28,224 bases of DNA from a virus (lineage: Duplodnaviria; Caudoviricetes), in the IMG/VR virus record IMGVR_UViG_3300047292_000009, positions 1-28,224 of that record, one strand, 5' to 3'. The notes beneath the pieces were generated by a model. The model did not search any database, was not told where the DNA came from, and was given only the letters and a program-made list of their open reading frames with translations. The position numbers were made by a program, and so were the translations under genes. This document shows, one piece after another, positions 5,023 through 14,986 of this stretch (position 1 is the first letter of the stretch; each line of letters begins with the position of its first letter).

Positions 5023-6278
5023 CACAATTAAACTTCCAACTGCTTAAGTGGCAACAGAGTGTCTTTAAAGATACTACACGCTTTAAAGTGGTAGCTGCAG
5101 GTCGAAGGTGTGGTAAGTCAAGGCTGTCAGCAGTATCGTTACTGATTGAAGCTCTTAACTGTCCAGATGGGTCAGCTGTGATGTACATAGCACCTACCTT
5201 AGGACAAGCTAGAACGATTATGTGGGACTTACTGCATGAGCTAGGTAGACCTGTGATTAAGTCTAGCCATGTGAATAACTTAGAAATTACCCTTATAAAT
5301 GGTAAGAAGATCTTAGTACGAGGAGCTGATAATCCCGATTCTCTGCGGGGTGTTTCCTTAATTTACGTAGTAATGGACGAGTGTGCCTTTATTAAGGAAG
5401 ATGTATGGCAGAAGATCATTCGAGCTTCACTGTCAGATAAGAAGGGTAGAGCACTGTTCATTAGTACTCCTAGTGGACGTAACTGGTTCTACGATACTTT
5501 TAATCTAGGACAGGATAACACTGACGAAGAGTGGAAGTCTTGGCACTTCACAACTCAGGACAATGAGACTATTGATCCTAAGGAGATTGAGGCTGCAAAG
5601 CGTACATTGAGTTCCTTTGCATTCAAGCAAGAGTACTTGTCTAGTTTCGATACTGCAGGTGCTGATGTCTTTAAAGAGGAATGGTTCAAGACTGCTGAAG
5701 AACCTAGTTACGGTAGCTACATTGTAGCCATTGACTTAGCAGGTTTTGAAGAGGTAGGTAAGAATGCTGGGGCATCTAAGAAGAGATTAGACGAGACAGC
5801 TATTGCAGTTGTTAAGTTAGAGGATAACGGTAACTGGTGGGTTCACAAGATACAACATGGTCGGTGGGACATCAGAGAGACTGCAGTTAACATCTTGAAA
5901 GTGATTAGAGACTTTCAACCTACAAGTATAGGTATTGAGCGAGGAGCATTGAAGAATGCTGTGCTGCCTTACCTGAATGACTTGATGAGGAAGAATAACA
6001 TCTATGCTCACATACAGGACTTAACTCACGGGAATAAGAAGAAGACTGATAGGGTTGTCTGGAGCTTACAAGGTCGCATGGAGCATGGAAGGATTACCTT
6101 CAATGAGGATGAGGACTGGAGTGAGTTTAGAGATCAATTAGTTATGTTCCCTACAGCAGGTGTACATGATGACTTGGTAGATGCTTTAAGTTACATTGAT
6201 CAACTGGCTATAGCTAACTACAACCAAGACTACGAAGATGATGACTACGAAGTCTTAGACGTTATCTCAGGCTACTAG
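5019..6278 (+). CDS. terL: Terminase large subunit
   Basis: Walker A AAGRRCGKS, Walker B VVMDE, coupling motif ISTP, nuclease motifs AIDLA and HDDLVDA. Confidence 0.97.
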   Translation: MTQLNFQLLKWQQSVFKDTTRFKVVAAGRRCGKSRLSAVSLLIEALNCPDGSAVMYIAPTLGQARTIMWDLLHELGRPVIKSSHVNNLEITLINGKKILVRGADNPDSLRGVSLIYVVMDECAFIKEDVWQKIIRASLSDKKGRALFISTPSGRNWFYDTFNLGQDNTDEEWKSWHFTTQDNETIDPKEIEAAKRTLSSFAFKQEYLSSFDTAGADVFKEEWFKTAEEPSYGSYIVAIDLAGFEEVGKNAGASKKRLDETAIAVVKLEDNGNWWVHKIQHGRWDIRETAVNILKVIRDFQPTSIGIERGALKNAVLPYLNDLMRKNNIYAHIQDLTHGNKKKTDRVVWSLQGRMEHGRITFNEDEDWSEFRDQLVMFPTAGVHDDLVDALSYIDQLAIANYNQDYEDDDYEVLDVISGY

Positions 6279-6297
6279 CCGAAAGGATACTAAATAT

Positions 6298-6552
6298 ATG
6301 GCTATTAAAAGAGGTAGTGAAGAGTTCCAAGGTTATAACAAACCTAAGAGAACTCCCGGACATCCAACTAAGAGTCATGCAGTCTTAGCTAAAGATGGTG
6401 AAGAGGTTAAGCTGATACGATTCGGACAGCAAGGTGTCTCAGGTAGTCCTGAAGGTTCAGCTCGTAACGAGTCCTTTAAAGCTAGACACGCTAAGAACAT
6501 AGCTAAAGGTAAGATGTCAGCAGCTTATTGGGCTAACAAAGTTAAATGGTAA
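6298..6552 (+). CDS. Small basic conserved phage protein
   Basis: RFGQQG...FKARH...SAAYWANKVKW; RBS AAGGA. Confidence 0.85.
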   Translation: MAIKRGSEEFQGYNKPKRTPGHPTKSHAVLAKDGEEVKLIRFGQQGVSGSPEGSARNESFKARHAKNIAKGKMSAAYWANKVKW

Positions 6553-6565
6553 TAAGGAACATATA

Positions 6566-8587
6566 GTGGCTCTAACTAACGACCAATTTGATGAGAATCA
6601 TAACTCTCAATTTGAGGAACCTACAGAGGCTGAGAAAGAACTCACCTCATGGGTAACTCAGCACATTACTCGCTGGCGTGACCATCGTGATGCTAACTAC
6701 ATGGATTTGTGGTTGGAGTACGAGCGTGTCTTCCGAGGTATCTGGGCTGCTGATGATAAGACTCGTGAGAGTGAACGCTCACGTATCATCTCCCCCGCCA
6801 CTCAGCAAGCCATTGAGACTCGCCATGCTGAGATCATGGAAGCTATCTTCGGTCAAGGTGAATTCTTTGACATCTCAGATGATGTCTTAGATGTAGATGG
6901 TAATCCTCTAGATGTTGAACAAATTAAGGTTCAATTGCATGAGGACTTTAAACGAGACAAGATTAAGAAAGCTATTGACCAGATTGAGTTGATGGCTGAG
7001 ATTTATGGTACAGGTATTGGTGAGATCATTGTCAAGACTGAGAAGGAGTACATTCCAGCAACTCAGGCAATTCCCGGTATTGCTAATGCAGCTGCCATCG
7101 GAGTTCAAGAGAAGGATCGTATTGCCGTTAAGATCAAACCAGTTAACCCTAAGAACTTCCTTATTGATCCTAATGCTGATTCCGTTGACGATGCTTTGGG
7201 CGTTGCTATCGAGAAGTACGTTTCCATTCACAAGGTTGTGGAAGGTATTGAGAGAGGCATTTACAAAAAGGTAGACATTACCACAGCCTCAGAGGATGAG
7301 GACTTAGAAGTAACTCAAGACTTGAAGACCTATCAAGATGATAAGGTTAAGCTCATCACTTACTACGGTTTAGTACCTAAAGAGTACTTGACTGAAGGTG
7401 AAGAGGAAGAAGAGTACGAAGAGTTGTTCGCTGAAGGTACGTCAGCTGATGAGCATTGTAACTTGGTTGAAGCCATTGTCGTTATTGCCAATGACTCAAT
7501 CCTCTTGAAGGCTGAAGCTAATCCTTACATGATGAAGGATCGTCCAGTCGTTGCATATCAAGATGATACAGTTCCCGGACGTTTCTGGGGTCGTGGTACA
7601 GCTGAGAAGGCCTACAATATGCAGAAGGCTATTGATGGTCAGCTTCGTGCTCACATGGACTCATTGGCCTTGACTACAGCTCCTATGATTGCAATGGATG
7701 CTACTCGTCTGCCTCGTGGTGCTAAGTTTGAGATTAAGCCCGGTAAGGCTATCCTAACCAATGGCTCACCTTCTGAGATCTTGTATCCCTTCAAGTTTGG
7801 TCAGACTGATGGCAATGCAGCTGCAGCAGCGCAGAACTTTGAGCGTATGCTTTTGCAAGCTACAGGTACAGTTGACAGCGCAGGTATGCCCTCTAACGTA
7901 CCTCGTGATGCAGGTGCTGGTGGTATGTCTATGGCTATGGCAGGTATCATCAAGAAGTACAAACGTACATTGAGTAACTTCCAAGAAGACTTCATGATCC
8001 CGTTCATTAACAAGGCTGCCTTCCGTTATATGCAGTTTGACAGTGAGCGTTATCCTTCAGTTGACATGAAGTTCATTCCAACAGCTACTTTGGGTATCTT
8101 GGCACGAGAGTTTGAACAGCAACAGATGATTGGTTTGTTGCAGACACTTGGCCCTAATACACCTGTACTGCCGTTGATCCTTAAAGGTATCTTGCAGAAC
8201 AGCTCATTGTCTAACCGTGGTGAGTTGATGCAAGCTTTGGATCAGATGTCTCAGCCTAACCCACAGGCTGCTGAGGCTGCACAGATGCAACAACAAGCTC
8301 AGATGCAGTTGGCACAGGCTCAGGTGGCAGATCTGCAGTCTAAGGCTCAGAAGCAGTCAGCTGAGGCTCAGAAAACCATGATTGAAGCTCAGATGATCCC
8401 TGAAGAGCATCGTGTTAAGGTGGTTCAGGCAGCTGCAACTAACCTAGATAACGGTGATGACTTCGAGAAGCGTCTGAAACTGGCTGACATGATGCTTAAA
8501 GAGAAGCAAGTTAATCTGAAAGCTGCTGATATTGCCTCAAATGAGCGTATTGCAAGCCTTCAGATGATGACTAAACCACGTAAATAA
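6566..8587 (+). CDS. Portal protein (podovirus type, with C-terminal coiled coil)
   Basis: 673 aa after the terminase; GRFWGRG motif; Gln/Ala-rich helical C-terminus; GTG start with AAGGA. Confidence 0.9.
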   Translation: MALTNDQFDENHNSQFEEPTEAEKELTSWVTQHITRWRDHRDANYMDLWLEYERVFRGIWAADDKTRESERSRIISPATQQAIETRHAEIMEAIFGQGEFFDISDDVLDVDGNPLDVEQIKVQLHEDFKRDKIKKAIDQIELMAEIYGTGIGEIIVKTEKEYIPATQAIPGIANAAAIGVQEKDRIAVKIKPVNPKNFLIDPNADSVDDALGVAIEKYVSIHKVVEGIERGIYKKVDITTASEDEDLEVTQDLKTYQDDKVKLITYYGLVPKEYLTEGEEEEEYEELFAEGTSADEHCNLVEAIVVIANDSILLKAEANPYMMKDRPVVAYQDDTVPGRFWGRGTAEKAYNMQKAIDGQLRAHMDSLALTTAPMIAMDATRLPRGAKFEIKPGKAILTNGSPSEILYPFKFGQTDGNAAAAAQNFERMLLQATGTVDSAGMPSNVPRDAGAGGMSMAMAGIIKKYKRTLSNFQEDFMIPFINKAAFRYMQFDSERYPSVDMKFIPTATLGILAREFEQQQMIGLLQTLGPNTPVLPLILKGILQNSSLSNRGELMQALDQMSQPNPQAAEAAQMQQQAQMQLAQAQVADLQSKAQKQSAEAQKTMIEAQMIPEEHRVKVVQAAATNLDNGDDFEKRLKLADMMLKEKQVNLKAADIASNERIASLQMMTKPRK

Positions 8588-8607
8588 CAAAATAGTTAAC
8601 AAAAAGC

Positions 8608-8636
8608 TTGACAAAGTGTTGTTTTTATGCTACAAT
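8608..8636 (+). promoter_or_regulatory. sigma70 promoter for the head genes
   Basis: TTGACA-17 nt-TACAAT with extended TG. Confidence 0.85.
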
Positions 8637-8675
8637 AACACTATTGTTTAAATATTTAATGGAGGGATAAGCCTT

Positions 8676-8906
8676 ATGGCCCCTGATTTACAAAAGTATT
8701 ACGAAGAAACCTTTAATACGATGAGTACTAAGGGTTGGGAGTTCCTCATAGAGGACTTCGAAGAGATTAAGGCTAGTTTAAACGACTTATCAACTGTCAC
8801 GGACACACACTCTTTATATTTCCGTAAGGGACAGTTAGATATTCTTGAATTAGTTTTAGGGCGTAAGGCTGTGTGTGAGAAGGTATTTGAGGACTTACAG
8901 GGATGA
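8676..8906 (+). CDS. Conserved small protein after the portal
   Basis: 76 aa, RBS GGAGG, GW...FRKGQL pattern. Confidence 0.85.
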   Translation: MAPDLQKYYEETFNTMSTKGWEFLIEDFEEIKASLNDLSTVTDTHSLYFRKGQLDILELVLGRKAVCEKVFEDLQG

Positions 8907-9136
8907 GAAGACTGTATGACTTTAAATGTCCTAACGATCACATAACTGAATCGCTAGTTGATAGTGATCATACCACTGCTAAGTGTAAGGTATGTAGTAA
9001 GGACGCTATCAGGCTCGTTTCAGCTCCAAGTATCGGACTAGACCCTTTATCAGGGGACTTTCCCGGTGCTACAGCTAAATGGGCTGCTGTGAGGGCTGAC
9101 AGGCTCAAGCAGGAACAAAAGAGAGGATCTGAATAG
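8903..9136 (+). CDS. FmdB-like zinc-ribbon protein
   Basis: YDFKCPNDH...CKVC...RLVSAP pattern. Confidence 0.8.
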   Translation: MRRLYDFKCPNDHITESLVDSDHTTAKCKVCSKDAIRLVSAPSIGLDPLSGDFPGATAKWAAVRADRLKQEQKRGSE

Positions 9137-9207
9137 CTATTCAGGCAACCCAATTCTATTTAATAAGTTAATCCTGTAATCCATCCGTGGACAGGGAAAG
9201 GTTAGGT

Positions 9208-10020
9208 ATGGCTTTAATTGATCACAATGAGGAACTAGGTAGTGTTAGTGAGTTAGACGCTGAGGACTTTAAACAGTCCCAACAAACAAGCGAACAACCC
9301 AAGCAACAACCTGAGGTAGAACAAGCTCCACAAGAGATCCCTGAGAAGTACAAAGGGAAGAATCTCGAAGATATTGTTCGTATGCACCAAGAGGCTGAAA
9401 AGCTAATCGGTAGGCAAGCACAGGAAGTTGGTGAAGTTAGACGTTTAGCGGATGAACTCTTAAAACAAAGCTTAGCTCAAAAGAACCAACAACAAGCACA
9501 ACCACAGAAGGTGGAAACACCACAAGAGATCGACTTCTTTGAAGATCCGCAGAGTCACGTTAATCGTGCTGTAGCGAATCATCCAGACGTATTGGCAGCT
9601 AAACAAGCTTCAATGCAACTTAAGCAGATTCAGACACAAGCAATGCTCAACAAGAAGCATCCTGACTTTGCTAATATTGTAAGTGATGGTGAGTTTATTG
9701 AGTGGATTAAAGCTTCTCCCATGAGGCTTAATATCTATGCAATGGCTGATGCTAACTATGATTTTAATGCAGCTGATGAACTGATTACTACATTCAAACA
9801 GATCCGTACATCTAAGACACAACAAACTACTGAAGCAGGTAACGCTGTTCGCAAACAGAATCTGAAAGCAGCTGGTGTTGACGTTGGTGGAACTGGAGAG
9901 TCTTCTAAGAAAGTATATCGTCGTGCCGACCTTATCCGGCTACGTATGACAGATCCCGACCGATATGAGGCTTTACAACCAGAAATTATGGCAGCATATC
10001 AAGAAGGTCGAGTGAAGTAA
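9208..10020 (+). CDS. Capsid scaffolding protein
   Basis: Acidic helical protein just before the capsid gene, with a PEKYKGK motif; ATG 9208 preferred to GTG 9187. Confidence 0.85.
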   Translation: MALIDHNEELGSVSELDAEDFKQSQQTSEQPKQQPEVEQAPQEIPEKYKGKNLEDIVRMHQEAEKLIGRQAQEVGEVRRLADELLKQSLAQKNQQQAQPQKVETPQEIDFFEDPQSHVNRAVANHPDVLAAKQASMQLKQIQTQAMLNKKHPDFANIVSDGEFIEWIKASPMRLNIYAMADANYDFNAADELITTFKQIRTSKTQQTTEAGNAVRKQNLKAAGVDVGGTGESSKKVYRRADLIRLRMTDPDRYEALQPEIMAAYQEGRVK

Positions 10021-10052
10021 TTTAATATTAATATCAACAGGAGATTTATAAA

Positions 10053-11012
10053 ATGGCATTAGGAACAGATCACGTAACGAGTACGACCGCAGCAACGTTT
10101 ATTCCAGAAGTATGGAGTGATGAAATTGTTGCGGCTTACAAGAAGAGCTTGGTTGCAGCTAACCTAGTTAAGAAGATGAGCTTCAAGGGCAAGAAGGGTG
10201 ACGTAGTTCACATTCCAGTCCCTGCACGTGGCACAGCTTCTGCTAAGGCAGCTTCTACACAAGTTACATTGATTGCAGCTACTGAGTCCGAAGTAACTGT
10301 GTCTATCAACAAGCACTACGAATATTCACGTTTGATCGAGGATATTGTTGAAGCTCAAGCTTTGTCTAGCCTGCGTCAGTTCTACACTGATGATGCTGGT
10401 TACGCTTTGGGTAAGCAAGTTGATACTGACTTGATTAACTTGGCTCAACAGTTCAACGTTTCCACAGCTGGTGCAGGTAACTATCGCTACGCTGGTGCTT
10501 TCATCGGTGGTGATGGCTCTACAGCTTTCGACTACACAGCTAACACCAATGCTGGTAACGCATCAGCTTTGACAGCTGCTGGTATTCGTCGCACTATTCA
10601 GCGTCTTGACGATAGCGATGTTCCTATGGACAATCGTTTCTTCTTGATTCCTCCTTCAGTGCGTAACACTATCCTCGGCTTGACTGAGTTCACAACCTTC
10701 AACAGTGTTGGTGAAGCTGGTTCTGCTAACAGCATCCGTAACGGTATGATTGGTGACATCTATGGTGTTCCAGTCTACGTTTCGTCTAATGCTGGTTCTG
10801 CTAAGTCAGCTGCTGACGGTTCTGGCACTACTCTTGGTCGTGTGTGCGTAATGGCTCACAAAGACTCTATGGTGTTGGTGGAGCAAGTTGGTGTCCGTTC
10901 ACAGACTCAGTACAAACAAGAGTACCTCGGTACATTGTTCACAGCTGATACATTGTACGGCTGCGCTGAGTTGCGTAACTACGGTGGCGTTGCCCTCGTC
11001 GTTCCAGCTTAA
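10053..11012 (+). CDS. Major capsid protein (HK97 fold)
   Basis: FIPEVWS, GDVVHIP, LDDSDVP..R, G.IYGVPVYVS, DTLYG motifs; strong AGGAG RBS; followed by a terminator. Confidence 0.95.
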   Translation: MALGTDHVTSTTAATFIPEVWSDEIVAAYKKSLVAANLVKKMSFKGKKGDVVHIPVPARGTASAKAASTQVTLIAATESEVTVSINKHYEYSRLIEDIVEAQALSSLRQFYTDDAGYALGKQVDTDLINLAQQFNVSTAGAGNYRYAGAFIGGDGSTAFDYTANTNAGNASALTAAGIRRTIQRLDDSDVPMDNRFFLIPPSVRNTILGLTEFTTFNSVGEAGSANSIRNGMIGDIYGVPVYVSSNAGSAKSAADGSGTTLGRVCVMAHKDSMVLVEQVGVRSQTQYKQEYLGTLFTADTLYGCAELRNYGGVALVVPA

Positions 11013-11021
11013 TAGCTAACT

Positions 11022-11058
11022 AGGTTCCCCATGCTCAAAAGGTGTGGGGAGCCTTTTT
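11022..11058 (+). terminator. Rho-independent terminator after the capsid gene
   Basis: GGTTCCCCATGCT...GGTGTGGGGAGCC stem followed by TTTTT. Confidence 0.9.
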
Positions 11059-11098
11059 AATGTATTACTTTTAGTACATCAGAAAGGTTAACAATATC

Positions 11099-11308
11099 AT
11101 GGCTAAATTTAAATGTAATCAATCAGGTAACACAGTAGAGTTCTTCCAAGAGCATGAGATCGCTGAAATGCGTAAACATGGTGGCTACACTGAAGTACCG
11201 GAGGTACGGGAAGTAGTTGAAACTTCTGTTGTAGTAGAAGAAGCTCCTGTAAAGACCACAAGTAAGAAAGCGACTAAAGTAAATGAAAGCATTGTCGACG
11301 GGTCATAG
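11099..11308 (+). CDS. Hypothetical protein
   Basis: 69-aa ORF with phage-like codon usage. Confidence 0.75.
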   Translation: MAKFKCNQSGNTVEFFQEHEIAEMRKHGGYTEVPEVREVVETSVVVEEAPVKTTSKKATKVNESIVDGS

Positions 11309-11615
11309 TCTTACAGCAGGTACTAAGACAACAGTTTATACAGTACCTACAGGTTACTACGCTAAGTGGAATCTTTGTTTCATTTCAAACCACACAGGCA
11401 ACAACAAACTTGTAAGTGTTTGGTGGTATGACTCAAGTCAGAATCTTGAGATTACAGTTGTAGATTCTTATCAAATTGCAGCTACACAGTACCTACGGTT
11501 TGACGGTGGAGCTTATGTAGTGCTTGAAGAGGGTGATCAAGTACGTATTACCCCTGAAACTGGATCTGCAATGTCAGCTACTAACACATTTGAGCTATAC
11601 AGAAAAGGCGAATAA
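11283..11615 (+). CDS. Putative small structural protein (beta-rich)
   Basis: YTVP...VVLEEGDQVRI pattern; position after the capsid gene. Confidence 0.7.
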   Translation: MKALSTGHSLTAGTKTTVYTVPTGYYAKWNLCFISNHTGNNKLVSVWWYDSSQNLEITVVDSYQIAATQYLRFDGGAYVVLEEGDQVRITPETGSAMSATNTFELYRKGE

Positions 11616-11620
11616 TTATC

Positions 11621-13225
11621 ATGGCAGTCTCTAATCAGCAAATCTTTGATTTTTTACTAGCTAACCCAAACATAAGTGATGCTGAGTTGGCTGCTGTTAT
11701 GCAGGAATTTAATGTTACGCCTCAACAAATTGCTGAAGCTACTGGAACAAGTGCGACTGAAGCTGTTAAAAGGTTTGAAGCGGTAGTTCCTTTTACACCT
11801 GTTGAACGAGTAATTTCCACAGCTCGTGGTACTGTCATCGAAGGGGATGACATTGAAGCTCAGATGGCAGGTGTACCTCAAGTTGTTTATGAAACACGAG
11901 TAGATCCTAACAATCCAGCTAACTGGGAAACTTACAATCCTAAGACTGGAGAAGTAATCAACAGCGGTACTTTTGCAGGTGGTGGTGATCGTGGTTTGTT
12001 AGCTGCAGCAGCTCCTGTGATTGGCTTGGCTGCATCTACAGTTGGTTTACCTTTTATATCTGGTGCTTTGGGTGGCTTAACAGGTGCTACAGGCTCTACA
12101 CTAGCAGGTTTGACAGGTGCTACAATTGGTGGAGGCACACAAGCTATAGCAGGTGGCAGCACTGAAGACATCCTTAAAGCTGCTCTGTTAGGCGGTGGTG
12201 GTGGCTTCTTAGGTAGTGAGCTACAGAACGCCATGTATGATTCTACAGCTGCTGCTGACTTAGCTGGTGGTTTAGATCCTCGCTATGGTGGCTCTAACCC
12301 TTTGTATGGCACTAAGTATGATGCTGCAATGTCTGACTTGCTCAGTTCTGCTGAATCTCAGAAGGCACTAGCAGATTATATTAATGGTGTAACTACACCG
12401 ACAACAACAACACCTGTAGCTGTAAGCACCCCAGTTACAGACGGTGGAGTATTGAACATTACAGGCACTACAGCCCCAGCTTTAAATGTTGGTGGTTTAC
12501 TAAGTGGTGTTGTAACCCCTACAGTTACTGTTGCTGCTCCTAAGACACCTCAGCAGGTTGACCAAGCTGTACTTAATTTAGTTAATAGTCAACTTGCAAC
12601 TAATGTAACTACACCAGCTAACTTAGCTAACGTACAAGTTACAGGTAATAAAGGGATGATGTCTAATGCTGATACTACATCTGCTATTTTGAATACTATT
12701 GCAGGTCTTCCAACAACAGTTACACCTACACAGACAATTACAGCTCAGAAGCCTGCAACTACACAGGAAGTTATAAACGCTATTACAGCAACACTTCCAG
12801 CTGTCACACCACCTGTAACAACAACTACAGCAACTACAACACCTGAAGTAAAGGTTACAGCTCAGAAGCCTGCAACTGTAGGAGATACTTTAGCTGCTTT
12901 ACCAGCTACTTTAGTAAATACTCCAACTACACCTACAACTGTTACTACTTCTGACAAGACTAATGAACTAGGTCTTACAGATGCTCAGATGGCTAACTTG
13001 TTAAAGGCTGGTTTAGGTTTGTTTGGTGGTTTAGGAGGTGCTGCAGCCTTGTCTAATATGGGTAGTACTACAAACCTTGTAGGAATGCCTACACAGTTAC
13101 CTCCTATGTACACAGATGATTATTTCACTAAAGTACAGCAAAACTACAACAGACTTCTTCCAGCAGTTCCTCGTGATGTTGCAACACCATTACGTGACTG
13201 GTACACTTCTCAATATGGAGCTTAA
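11621..13225 (+). CDS. Putative virion/ejected protein with Gly-zipper segments and Thr/Pro-rich repeats
   Basis: 534 aa; hydrophobic Gly/Ala stretches; five repeated V-x-V-T-A/G motifs; exact 23-bp DNA repeat at 12738-12760 and 12855-12877. Confidence 0.75.
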   Translation: MAVSNQQIFDFLLANPNISDAELAAVMQEFNVTPQQIAEATGTSATEAVKRFEAVVPFTPVERVISTARGTVIEGDDIEAQMAGVPQVVYETRVDPNNPANWETYNPKTGEVINSGTFAGGGDRGLLAAAAPVIGLAASTVGLPFISGALGGLTGATGSTLAGLTGATIGGGTQAIAGGSTEDILKAALLGGGGGFLGSELQNAMYDSTAAADLAGGLDPRYGGSNPLYGTKYDAAMSDLLSSAESQKALADYINGVTTPTTTTPVAVSTPVTDGGVLNITGTTAPALNVGGLLSGVVTPTVTVAAPKTPQQVDQAVLNLVNSQLATNVTTPANLANVQVTGNKGMMSNADTTSAILNTIAGLPTTVTPTQTITAQKPATTQEVINAITATLPAVTPPVTTTTATTTPEVKVTAQKPATVGDTLAALPATLVNTPTTPTTVTTSDKTNELGLTDAQMANLLKAGLGLFGGLGGAAALSNMGSTTNLVGMPTQLPPMYTDDYFTKVQQNYNRLLPAVPRDVATPLRDWYTSQYGA

Positions 13226-14986
13226 ATGACTACGATCATTACAAAGAATAGCAGTACATCATCTGCTACACCTGCGTCAGGGGATCTAACTAAGGGTGAG
13301 TTAGCTGTTAACGTTACAGATAAGAAGCTGTACACCAAAGACAACTCAGGTACAGTTGTTAAGTTGGTAGGCTCTCTAGGTAATCAAGAGGCTTCAGCAG
13401 CTGCTATTACAGGTGGTACATCAGCTGGTGTCGCTATCACTGGTGGTACTATTAACAACACACCTATTGGTGGTACTACAGCTGCAGCTGTGACAGGTAC
13501 TACAGTTACAGCTACTACAGGCTTTGTAGGAGCTATTACAGGTGCTGTGACTGGTAACGTAACTGGTAATGTGACAGGTAACGTCACAGGTAATGTCACA
13601 GGTAACTTGACAGGTAACGTTACAGCATCCTCAGGTAGCTCAACCTTTAACAATGTAACCATTAACGGTACATTGGACATGGATGCAGCTTCCTCAGCTA
13701 CCATTACTAACCTTCCAAACCCTACTAACTCAGGTGATGCAGCTAACAAGGCTTATGTTGACTCAGCCGTTGCAGCTGTTGTCGATGGTGCTCCAGCAGC
13801 GTTGGATACCTTGAATGAGCTTGCAGCAGCCTTGAATGATGATGCTTCATTCTCCACAACTGTAACTAACAGCATTGCAGCTAAGCTTCCCTTGGCTGGT
13901 GGTACTATGTCTGGCAACATTGCCATGGGTACTAACAAGGTGACTGGCTTAGGCACACCTTCATCTAGTACCGATGCAGCTACTAAAGGATATGTAGACA
14001 CTGTTGGTGATGCTAAGTTAGCCTTGGCAGGTGGTACTATGACAGGTAACATTGTCATGGGATCTAACAAGGTTACATCTACAGCTACACCTTCAGCTGA
14101 TAGTGATCTAACAACTAAGACTTACGTTGATAGTATCCTCGGTAGTGCTACATCTGCAGCTACATCAGCCTCAGCAGCAGCTACATCTGCAACCAATGCA
14201 AGTAATTCAGCCTCAGCAGCTTCTACAAGTGCATCTAATGCTTCAGCAAGTGCCTCAGCAGCTGCAGCATCCTATGATAGCTTCGATGATCGCTACTTAG
14301 GCTCTAAAACATCAGCTCCATCAGTTGACAATGATGGTAACTCACTGTTGACAGGTGCTCTGTACTGGAACTCTACATCATCTAACTTATGGGTGTGGTC
14401 TGGTAGTGCATGGACTCAAGCTACACTAACAGCTGGCTCCTTTGCTACATTAGCTGGTAGTGAAACTCTTACAAACAAGACTATTACATTTGCTGACAAC
14501 ACTCTAACCAATGTTGCAAGTCTTAACACAGCACAGACCTTTACAGCTACTAAAACCTTCTCAGGTTCATCATCTGCTACAGCCATTGTTCTAAACGATG
14601 CAGCAGAGGTAGCTACAGTATCTGCAACAGCAGCTACAGGAACGATTAACTACGACATTACAACTCAGTCTGTCTTGTACTACACAAGTAACGCAAGTGG
14701 TAACTGGACAGTTAACTTCAGAGGCTCTAGCGGTACTTCATTGAATACTTTGATGACTACAGGTCAATCAATGACTGTGGCTTTCTTAGTGACTCAAAAC
14801 TCTACTGCTTACTACAACTCTGCTGTGCAAGTTGATGGTACTACATCAGGTGTTACGACTCGGTGGTTAGGTGGTGCGCCTACTGCGGGAAATGCTAGTG
14901 GCATTGATTCATATCGTTATTTGATTATCAAGACAGGTAGTGCGACTTTCACAGTCTTGGCAAGCAACACACAATTTAAGGCATGA
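13226..14986 (+). CDS. Tail fibre protein (proximal)
   Basis: GELAVN..DKKLY N-terminus, GNVT repeats, DAA.K.YVD repeats, APAALDTLNELAAALNDD motif, Ala/Ser coiled coil. Confidence 0.9.
   Translation: MTTIITKNSSTSSATPASGDLTKGELAVNVTDKKLYTKDNSGTVVKLVGSLGNQEASAAAITGGTSAGVAITGGTINNTPIGGTTAAAVTGTTVTATTGFVGAITGAVTGNVTGNVTGNVTGNVTGNLTGNVTASSGSSTFNNVTINGTLDMDAASSATITNLPNPTNSGDAANKAYVDSAVAAVVDGAPAALDTLNELAAALNDDASFSTTVTNSIAAKLPLAGGTMSGNIAMGTNKVTGLGTPSSSTDAATKGYVDTVGDAKLALAGGTMTGNIVMGSNKVTSTATPSADSDLTTKTYVDSILGSATSAATSASAAATSATNASNSASAASTSASNASASASAAAASYDSFDDRYLGSKTSAPSVDNDGNSLLTGALYWNSTSSNLWVWSGSAWTQATLTAGSFATLAGSETLTNKTITFADNTLTNVASLNTAQTFTATKTFSGSSSATAIVLNDAAEVATVSATAATGTINYDITTQSVLYYTSNASGNWTVNFRGSSGTSLNTLMTTGQSMTVAFLVTQNSTAYYNSAVQVDGTTSGVTTRWLGGAPTAGNASGIDSYRYLIIKTGSATFTVLASNTQFKA
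13551..13625 (+). repeat. 12-bp coding tandem repeat (TGNV/L)x6
   Basis: acHggtaaYgtN units encoding TGNVTGNVTGNVTGNVTGNLTGNVT. Confidence 0.85.

Noticed and set aside
10990-11020. Programmed frameshift or readthrough extension of the capsid protein
   Set aside because: No slippery heptamer, tandem stops TAA TAG, and an immediate terminator.
13384-14070. Long antisense ORFs in the tail fibre and other late genes
   Set aside because: Expected by-product of biased codon usage and low-complexity repeats; no RBS or promoter support.
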